A stretch of 64,000 nt of DNA, taken from positions 1-64,000 of the forward strand of contig JAHLWZ010000359.1 of NCBI GenBank assembly GCA_020536535.1, in the 5' to 3' direction. Positions 51,655 to 60,690 of this stretch are shown here, in pieces. The first letter of the stretch is position 1; each line of letters starts with the position of its first letter. The position numbers and the translations under genes are program-made. The notes under the pieces were generated by a model that saw only the letters and a program-made list of their open reading frames with translations, made no database searches and was not told where the DNA came from. This stretch comes from Pelomyxa schiedti. Its lineage: Eukaryota; Protista; Evosea.

Positions 51655-52688
51655 ATGGCGGAATGGTTGTGGGTGCTGCAGGTTGTGAGTGGGTCGTACG
51701 TGGGCTTTTTCGGGCTGTATTTTGTGAGTTGGATAGTGGCGCCCAGGCTCATGAGGAGGCAGTACGAACGCGTCGAGGACGAAAAAAAGCAGGAGTGGCA
51801 CCAAAACTCTGTGTCATTTGTTCACTCCTTCCTGGTGACTCAGGTTTGGTTCCACAGGAATCCCGATACAATTGACAGAGAAGTGTAGGGATCGTTGCGT
51901 GGCGTGGTGTGGAGATTGATGCAGGTGGAAGTGTGGGATGCATCGCACCTGTCAACCGTTGTGGTGTGCGGCAGTAGTGAGGAGTACATTCACAATTATG
52001 CATTTTGTGTGTAGTTCCCTCCATGGCATTGGTTTGGTTCTAAGTGTCTTCCTTTTTTTTTTTTTTGTAAACAGGGCTGTTTGTGTCATGTGGATATTTT
52101 CTGTACGACATGACTCTATATCATGTATCCACCTGCTCTTACTGATTTGTTTTTTTTTAAAATCTAACATTATCACCAAGACATTTTCTAAAAACGGGAC
52201 CTTTTTCAAGCATTTGCACCACATAATTCCTTCGTTGGCCATATTTTGGTTCTACTATATGGATGTCAGTGTTCCGGTTGTTTCTGCATTCAACAGTAAT
52301 GAAGTACCTAGCCTATTGTGCTTGTTATTTTCTCTATCTCACAACTGGCCAGATAAGTACACCCTTCCTGGAACTGATGTGGTTTTTCCGGTATACCAAC
52401 CACAGCGCACTTGGAATGGCAGCCACAGTAATGTTTGTGCTCTCATTTGTAGTATCACGTGTTATTGGTGACACAATTCTGCTGTGCCTTACTCCCTGGG
52501 TTGTATGGGACACTGCAATATGCTCTACTGGTGATGACATACACCCACTACCACATAGAACTCATGTGATTGTCACTGTGCACGTACTGATGGTAGCCTA
52601 CTGCCTGCTTCAGTACGTTATGATGGGGCAGGTCACACTCTACATAATAAAGTTCTTCACCAAAAGAAAGGAAACCAAGGAAGCATAA
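51655..52688 (+). CDS. TLC-domain multi-pass membrane protein (TLCD/TMEM56-like)
   Basis: EWHQNSVSFVHS, HLHHI, E-ISTPFL, several hydrophobic segments. Confidence 0.8.
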
Positions 52689-52724
52689 ATACATAAAAAC
52701 CATTATTATCGTTTTTCATTCATT

Positions 52725-52876
52725 GGAGGGATGTCACCACCCCACACACAAAAATTGTTTCCAAGCAAAAGACGCGTGGTCATTTGCGGGAACAGGTAAG
52801 TAATTCGAAGAAGCGCCGCGACAAGATTGCCCCCGTGCTAGGCACGGGGGATCGCATCAGGCGCACTGAATTGATT
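52725..52876 (-). ncRNA. Candidate novel Sm-class snRNA (~150 nt) with internal 5'-splice-site-complementary ACUUACCUG
   Basis: Long 5' hairpin (52872-52802), ACUUACCUG (52801-52793), stem-loop (52792-52759), Sm site AAUUUUUG (52756-52749), 3' hairpin GGGGUG-GUGA-CAUCCC. CCCATAA element at the U2 spacing; lies between convergent genes. Confidence 0.7.
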
Positions 52877-52931
52877 TAGTTTCTCATATTCACACCGTTT
52901 CGTTTTTGTAGGGGGGGAGCTGCTCTGACAA

Positions 52932-52938
52932 TTATGGG
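52932..52938 (-). promoter_or_regulatory. DUSE-like element CCCATAA upstream of the candidate Sm RNA
   Basis: Same core as the U2 element; +62 nt falls on A52876, just before the 5' hairpin. Confidence 0.65.
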
Positions 52939-53029
52939 CGGCGGCGGTTGGTGGTAGGCGAATTCGGAGCTTTTTTGCTAGAAAGGGTAGGTAGGGGTTA
53001 CCCTCCAACTTGGTTTGCGCGACTTACGT

Positions 53030-54220
53030 TTATTGTTTCTCAAAGGTGGGTGGTACTTTATTTTTGGCTTTTCCTCCACAAATTGCTGCTAGCAACAGTG
53101 ATTTTGATGCTTTTGGTGGTGAATCGAGGGTGTCAATGGTTTTCGTCTTAAGAGAGCCTGCAACCTTGGGATTTGTAAGTGTGAATCGAAGACAACAAGA
53201 ACAGTTACCTTCTTTGGTACTCGTAAGTTTTTCTGCATTTGTTGCCTCAAGCGCTTCATTTTTCTTTTGCAACTCGGCCTTAGTGGCTTGCAACTCCACG
53301 CAAGCTCTCTCAAGACGATTACGCAAGTCTAGAATTTCGTTCTGCAGTGCACTCTTTTCTTCATCTGTGCGAGCGATGAGAAAGGAGCAACCTTCTCTCC
53401 AACACTGAAATGAAAGGACGCACTTAATGCCCGTATAGCGTCCTTCTTGGCGTTCCATCTGGCCACTATGAAATCATATTGTGCATCAAGTTCTCTATCC
53501 AAATCAGAGGGATGTGGAGTTGCCATTTGAACAGAAGAAGCTGGAGCTGGAGCATAAGCCGGGACTGCACTTGCAGTTCCCATTCTGATCACCGGGGTAT
53601 ACTTGGAATTAATTCAGATAACCATCACAGAAAATGAAGAAAATGTGAGCAGAAACAAATACCTCGAAAGGGTTGTGAGTCTTCTTTGGAATCATCGTGA
53701 TAATTACACCGTCAGTCTTGCAAGCTTGCTCACGAACATATTTCTCCTGCTGGTCCACTTCTTGGTCCCAGTGAACTATAACTGATGCTCTGAATCCAGC
53801 ATTCACAAGGAAATCGATATTCCGGCCGCGTGTTGTGCAAACAACTGCTTTTCCATTGATAGTAGCTATGTGCTTAAGAAATTCACCCCTCTTGTGCAGA
53901 TGTAAATAGAAACCATCAGCCACACCGACCACTACACACCTTAACTGCCATTGGTACTAGTGTCACTTCAGCGATCCCGCGCCGTTTAAGTGCCCTCATC
54001 ACGTACTCACACTCTTCCCATTTTTTGCAGTACACTACCGTCAAACCACTCAACACCAAGGCTATATTTGTTGCCAACCTGGAAAATCGCAGGGACCAGT
54101 AAGTTCACACACGCAACATCGTTTCTTTACAGCAACAATCAAAGCGTAACAATCCCGCAGCACATACCGCGTAATCTTGTCATCATCGCTGGTGAACTCG
54201 TCCTGCACAATGTGCACCAT
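53030..54220 (-). CDS. Stand-alone degenerate SF2 helicase C-terminal (RecA2) domain + coiled coil
   Basis: Spliced DDKITRL...LTVVYCKKWEECEYVMRALKRRGI (motif IV-like), KAVVCTTRGRNID, VIVHWD, YVREQ, GVIITMIP; then heptads LQNEILDLRNRLERACVELQ. The 3' end is uncertain. Confidence 0.6.
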
Positions 54221-54431
54221 CACCACACCGTCAACAACCCCAAAAAAATCCGCCACAAACTGACGTTAATGCCCGGCAAGCGTTTTTTTTTCCCAGGCCT
54301 AAATATAAAAGCTCCGAAATCGTCCATCGTGTGTGTTGCGTACTTGGGGTGCATTGCTTTGGGGTGACTAACTTATGGTTACGAATATGGTCACCAGCTT
54401 TTCTCCACAATGTGGAGGTCGGGTGGTGTTT

Positions 54432-57159
54432 TTATTGCAGCAGCAACAGTGCTACTCCATCCGCGGTGCCAAACGCGGTTTCTTCAGCATTGAGCCCGCG
54501 GGGGAGGTTTTTCATGAGTAATTGCTGGAGAGTTGTTTGGGAATCCACAGCTACCTTCTTGGTTCTTCCTCTGCACGTAATAGAAACTGGGTAATAGTAT
54601 TTTAGTAAAGTAGTGGATCCTCGTCTGGAATTTTGATACCAAAGCTGGGTAGCTCTCCTGGTTTGGGATTTTTTGGGAACATTGGCTTCTCTTCATCAAA
54701 GGGTTGGAGTTGCACAGCTGGGTGTACTGACTTGGGAAGATATAGGTGCAATTCAAGTGTGGGCTCTACGGTCACCACTTTTGCGTCCTTCTGTATCCTG
54801 ATTGATGGTGTGTCACCTTCCCACAGTATTTGCTTCAATGTGAGCTCTGATTCCTTGGCACCAGACACTGGTGCCCCAGCATTGTCAACAAAGATCCAAG
54901 GTGAAATACTTGTGAACTCTCCTGTTTCATCAACATCTTTGCGCACTCCAGTGAGTCTTTTGTTGCTGTGTAAATGGCTGGTGAGAATGGTGGGAAAAAG
55001 AAGTTATTGGCGCGTACCTTTCAATTTCCCACAAATTGGAACCATGAGAGGGATAGTTGGCATCAAAGACATCGACTTGGCTGAGTGTCTCAGGGCCTGT
55101 AGGTTTGAGCATGGGTGTAGTTTTTTCAAGGTAGCAGTCTCGAGGATTGGATAACAGATAGGAGATTGCATTTCTGTGGGTTGTTTCTTTGTTTGCTTAT
55201 TTGCTTATGGTTGTGTTGTTTCGTTTTAGTTTGGTTTTATTGACATCGCACACAATCATATGCCACATTTTTCTTCAAACACTCAAAATGAGTCAAGGGG
55301 CAGTTACGTGAAAGCAAGCCTCAGGATTCCCCAGTACTGCAGGTCTTTCTCCATGTTGCGCTGTGTCTCCTCATCATAATTGTCAAATTTAATCACGGAG
55401 CTTCGAGGTAACAATGTGGCACCCAGTATTTTAATGATGCCCTCCTCCACTTCATCCTCACCACTAGCCCTGTTGATGAAGTTGCACACAACAATTGGAT
55501 TCCTTCCAGCACTTAAAATATTCATCACATGGGCACCAAGTACCTCAAGGCACTCTTGGCTTCGGGCAATGCCAATTGGGAAAATAATAATGACAGAGTG
55601 GATTATCTGGGACTTGTCACATGCCACAACACTGTGAATCGAGTCATTCATGTGTGTATCTGGCCCAACCCTGCCAGTCAAGAAGTCGGAAATACTCAGG
55701 TGAAGGTAGTTGCTCTCTGTGATGCCCCATGGTTCCCAGAAGTGCATGTTGAGTCTCTTCATCATTTTATCAGTTGGAGCGTTCCCAGGGAGGAGATCGG
55801 CAAGTGTGTGACAAGTGTAGTCAACAGTTACGTGACGTGACGACGCTGACGCCTGGAGTGGTGTAACAACCTCTTGCCCAGAGCTGAATGAGGTTGCCAG
55901 GCCATTGCAAAACGTGGTCTTTCCTGAGCCAAACCATCCCCAGAGCTGTTTTGTTGGTGAGGGTAAACAAAAGAGTATTTGTGGCACAACATACAAGAAT
56001 GTTTATCCTCGTCTTGGTTGGATTTGGCAACCTCGTCCTTTCTGGTAGCCACTCCGCTCCAAACCACGCTGCAATTATGGAGACGTAAGAACCAAATATG
56101 AAATCAAAAACAGAAAGGAAACACTGACAAACCAAGGAGCAGTGTGACATAGCCTGTATACCTGGTACCATCCATAACACACTCATAGTGCACCCTCTCA
56201 GGCACCAGATTTCGGTAAATGAGAGCTCTCTGGTCTGGCATCAGGGTGACAGTCGTCTCAAATGGGTGGTCCCTAGTGGCTGGGGCAGTAGTTTTTACAA
56301 CTTCATTATTATAGAAACCGGGCAGAAAGTGTAGGATTGTTCCCTGTTGACGTGGTCAGTTTCCTTTTTAATTTTTAGTAGAAACACCCACCTCTGGAAT
56401 AGCACAGTCAGAAAGAACAGGAGTAATTACCACCTTCAGCGTTACAGGATCTCTGCTGGTTTGCAGGTTGCTTCCAATTTGAGAGCAAGATATCCGTAGC
56501 TTTGGCGCATAGTTTGGGGAAATAGGCCTCAGTGCCGTCAAAGAATTGAAGAGGTGTTGGTAGTCCGGCGACAGGAATCGGCGGGCGTCAGGCAGGATGC
56601 GAGCAAACTGTTGCTCCCGTATTCCAGGGCCAACTCCAATAGCAATGATAACAGGCTGCGGCGTCAGGTTCATCAAGGAACGGTAAGCCTCTGTGATGGG
56701 TGTCGATGGCTCGCCCATCGCCGCGGCGACGATTATCAATGCCGGCTTGGACGTTTCTGACATGTTTCTAAGGAACGAGCGCGTGGCCGACGCGAGTGCG
56801 TCGGCTAGGTTCGAGCTTCCGCCCTGGTGTCTCATGCCGGGGTGCTTCTTGATAGCCTTTGTGGGATCATGTGGAAACCTTGGGTGGGGCACAACTTCGT
56901 CAGTTCCTTTTATTGCTGTCATCAGCGCACCGTTGTCATTGGTGAATGGACAGACAGTCCTCGCTGCATTTGCGAATTCGATCACGCTGCGCAGCATTCT
57001 GTCGGTGTTCTCCACAATGAGGGGCAGGATTTTTTTGGTGAGGATGGCGTCGTAGCCCGGACCCACAGACCCAGAGCTGTCCACCAAGATGCTCAGAAGA
57101 GTGTCTGTGGACAGCTCCTTATGTAGTTCATTGACCAACAACAGGCTCGTGTCCACCAT
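54432..57159 (-). CDS. vWA + beta-sandwich + IFI44-like P-loop GTPase + C-terminal beta-grasp-like domain(s)
   Basis: LVDSSGSV (MIDAS), IIAIGVG; INIL-LWGWFGSGKTTFCN, HVT, FWEPWG, IHSVII, PIVVCNFIN. Exons join in frame down to VSITCRGRTKKVAVDSQTTLQQLL. The last exon is uncertain (stop at 54602 if unspliced). Confidence 0.75.
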
Positions 57160-57561
57160 TTTTTGAGACTATATTTTAATGATCATCATAAATCTGTTTT
57201 CTGCAAAAAAAAATTTTCGTGTTCTTCTCAGTTGAAGTGTCAGTTACTTCGGTGGGTGAGCGCCTCGTGCAACAAGTATTCAGTCTGGTGGTTTTTGTGC
57301 TGAATGAATGCAATCCAAAAAAGCCCGGTGTAGATGGAGGAGCCCTGTGCGCTGGCTGCAGTGTTTCCTTTGGAGTCGACGTACTGGGTCCCTGTGGTTT
57401 CTGCCAACCGGTGGAGTGATTGGAGTCGAGCCATGGCGCTTGGGTGATTGGCTTTTGGGTCAGATGTCCAGCCACTACAGCATATGAAGAGAATCGGAGA
57501 AAAACGTAGTCGATGAGGCTCTGTGTTGGTTGAGTGCCGCGTTGCGCTGCCCTCGTTGCCA

Positions 57562-57626
57562 TTATGGGTCACCTCCCCCGATGTTCGCGTCCTGCGCGAG
57601 TGCGGCGGTATGCGAGCTTCCCATAA
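57562..57626. promoter_or_regulatory. Divergent pair of DUSE-like elements: ACCCATAA (-, 57569-57562) and TCCCATAA (+, 57619-57626)
   Basis: Two perfect WCCCAYAA matches back-to-back in one of the longest non-coding gaps of the window. Confidence 0.55.
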
Positions 57627-57680
57627 GAGAGAGTTCAAAGGACCACTTTCAATCGGAACACCAGTTTTCCCGGATCAGGT

Positions 57681-58020
57681 GGCAGTGTGCACAAGACCTT
57701 GCGGGGTTCATAGAAAAGGCTATTTGACACACCGACAAAATCTCATTGCAATAGCGACCAAAAACCTTTGTCACCACGTTCCAGTCTCTCTCATCTCTGG
57801 TTGGAGAGCACTTAATTACTCGTAGTGTCAGATAGCTGGCCGACGACTCTGATACATGGCCAGTATCGAGAGAGTGTACACTCAAGCACGGTGACATAGT
57901 TGAATGGCACCCTCAAGATGAGCTGTCCAAGCTAGGAAGTGAAAGAGCTAGAACGCCAGGGAGAAGCATTGAATCTGTTTCCTCTCAGGAGGTTCCTCCA
58001 AAGTGATTCACCACTGTTTT
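57681..58020 (+). ncRNA. Candidate ~340-nt structured ncRNA of unknown class
   Basis: Starts ~61-62 nt after TCCCATAA. The 5' and 3' ends pair (GGCAGUG/CACUGUU) and it ends in UUUU. Many nested helices; no convincing ORF. Confidence 0.6.
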
Positions 58021-58331
58021 GACCCAGTTCCAGTCACGAAAACCACAAGAAAAAGAGCCAGAACTACCTTCAGTTCCTCCTTTCGGCAAGTCCACAACGT
58101 AGAAACCGAAGACTTGGCAGAACAGCGGGGAAATTTTGGTTTAGGGCAGTTTTCTTCTTTCCTTTTTCTTCAAAACCACGTCAAGGAAAAAGGCATTTCC
58201 CGGTCGTTTTCCATACCCCGGTTCTTCTCATAGCGACTCCCCCTTTTTAAACGGTCAAAAAACAATCAGTACCACAAGAAAAAAAAAAAGCGAACCAATC
58301 AAGAGCAACAAAGCGAAATAAAATAACACTC

Positions 58332-60522
58332 ATGGCAGCATCCACAGAAATCGAGAATGGTACACAACTTTACGTTTCCACACTGTGGCCTTACTTTACC
58401 AGTTCCCATGTTCTGCTTCCAATGCGAACAAACAGTCAAGGCCGAAGCTTGTACAGTCCGAGGCGTATGCACCAAGTGTGTTTTTTTTTTTTGGAGTTCG
58501 CCACCTCCTTTTTGCTCATTTAAATTTACAGGGATCCTCAATTGGCCGCTCTAGAGGACCATTTGATGTGGGGGCTCCAGTCTCTGTCTGTGCATGCTCA
58601 GGTCGCTCTAGATGCAAATATTGCTCTGCCTGCAAACTTTTACAAGTTCGTAGCCAAGGTTAGCTTTCCATCTCTCCCCGAGTTAATGGGGCTTACTCTT
58701 GAATAGGGCTTGTTTGCTACTCTGACTAATGTGAACTTCTCGTGCGAAGATATTGCCTCTTTCATTCGCGAGTGTGTTGCTCTTAGGGACGTAATCAAGG
58801 GAGCTAATCCACCTCCAGCACAGCCACTTCCTGGTATTTTCCCCTTTTTTGTGGTTTATTCCTTTCTCTTACATTTCATTAAACCTAGCTGTTGCTGCTT
58901 GGGCACCCGGAACAACAATTCCCGAGTTGGTTACCGAAGCTAGAGCGTACTTGATCCCTAAGCGCTTTGCTAGACTTGGAAAGGGTGAGATTTCCTCTGT
59001 TTAGTATTTTTCTCTCATTTATTGAAGATCGAGTGTGTTTGCAAGAACTTCTTATGTACGGCCTCAAGGGAGTTGCTGCTTACTACTTCCACGCTCTAGT
59101 TCTTTCGATGGCCAATGACGATATTGGCAAGTTCTGTGTTAAAGCTCTTGCTTTCGTGGTATGAGTATTTTTTTGACTCTATAGTACCTAACTATGATAG
59201 CACAAGGAAGAACCCACAATAGATGAACTCCTGGGGATGTGCCTTGAATGCGGAAAAAGTACTTTTTCCTGTCCAATTTCATCACTGATGGAGTATAGTT
59301 AACCTTGCGGCTATGGAGCTCCTGGACAAGGCCAACACAACGCACTATGGCAACCCCGAGCCAACTCAGGTTCTCTGGGCTAAGACTCCTCAGGCTGCCA
59401 AAGTCGGGAAGGCAATCCTCGTCTCAGGACATGACTTGCTGGAACTGGAGGAACTCCTCAAGGCTACTGAGGGCAAAGGCATCAACGTGTGGACTCATGG
59501 AGAGATGCTCCCGTGCAATGCATACCCTCTTCTCAAGAAGTTCCCACATCTTGCTGGTCACTATGGAACAGCATGGCAGAATCAGAAACGAGAGTTCGAG
59601 GCATTCCCTGGTCCTATCTTTATGACCACCAACTGCTATATCCCAGCTCCTCCATCGTAAGTGCAACATCTTGGTATTCCACTTTCTCACATTAATATAG
59701 ATACGTTCACCGAGTATTTGCAGCTACACCCGTCGGCGGTGTTGATGTAAAGCAGCGTGAGAACTTCGAGGCGATGATTCAATCCGCTCTAGAGATGCCA
59801 GGATTCCTGGAGCCCACTGAGCCCCTCTCTCACCTTACTATCGGGTTCGCACACAACACTGTTCTTGGTGTTGCCGGAACAGTCATTGACGCAGTCAAGA
59901 GCGGTGCCTTGCGACGTATCTTCCTTATTGGTGGCTGTGATGGATTTGAAAAGGAGCGCAACTATTACACAGAGGTGACTCTCCCCTCTTTTTGTAGCTT
60001 TCTCCGTCTCATTGTATTTCTAGTTTGCCGAGAAAGTTCCAGCTGACTGCTTGATTCTTACCTTGGCCTGTGGCAAATTCAAAATTAACATGAGAGATTA
60101 CGGGACACTCGGTGGACTGCCCAGATTGTTGGATATGGGACAGTGCAATGATGCCTACTCGGCCATCAAGGTGGCTGTGGCACTTGCAGGCGCATTCAAC
60201 ACTGACGTCAACTCTCTGCCGCTTTCCATGATTCTCTCTTGGTTTTTTCCTCCTCCAATCTCAATATCCCCACACTAATGCCCACCCAAGGTTTGAACAA
60301 AAGGCTGTTGCCATTCTTCTCACCCTGCTATCTTTGGGAATCAAGAACATCTATGTGGGACCTCGCGTGCCAGCATTTTTCACAGTAAGAGCCTCCCCAA
60401 TGTATATAACTGTCCTAACCACGCAACAGCCAACAATTCTGGGTGTTTTGGTGGAGAAATTCTCTCTTCACGTAGTTGGGAATCCCGACGATGACCTCAG
60501 GACCATTCTCGGAACACACTGA
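58332..60522 (+). CDS. hcp: Hybrid cluster protein / hydroxylamine reductase (prismane), intron-containing
   Basis: [98 protein letters not shown]. Confidence 0.96.
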
Positions 60523-60690
60523 GTCCCCAATTGGCAGGCTAATTGGCCAACAACAATGTGCCCGTAATAGAAAGAAAAGAAAAAAAGGCTCTGTGGCCCT
60601 TGAGTTGTCATACGAAACGTCTCTTTATTTTTTTTTCTCTGGACCAGACCATTTCTACAATTTGGATCTTGAAAGAGGGAGTTGGGCTGT

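Noticed and set aside
57447-57470. GGCTTTTGGGTCAGAT resembling U2 stem I on the + strand
   Set aside because: Not followed by GTAGTA, stem II or an Sm site; chance similarity.
57176-57562. 128-aa ORF MATRAAQRG... as a protein gene
   Set aside because: No recognisable motif, its ATG overlaps the DUSE-like element, and no splice gives a convincing product; kept only as an alternative to the ncRNA reading.
57681-58020. Assignment of the 340-nt RNA to RNase P/MRP, SRP, U3 or U4
   Set aside because: Could not find the P4 (CR-I/CR-V) pairing, SRP helix 8, U3 boxes, or a U4 k-turn and Sm site.
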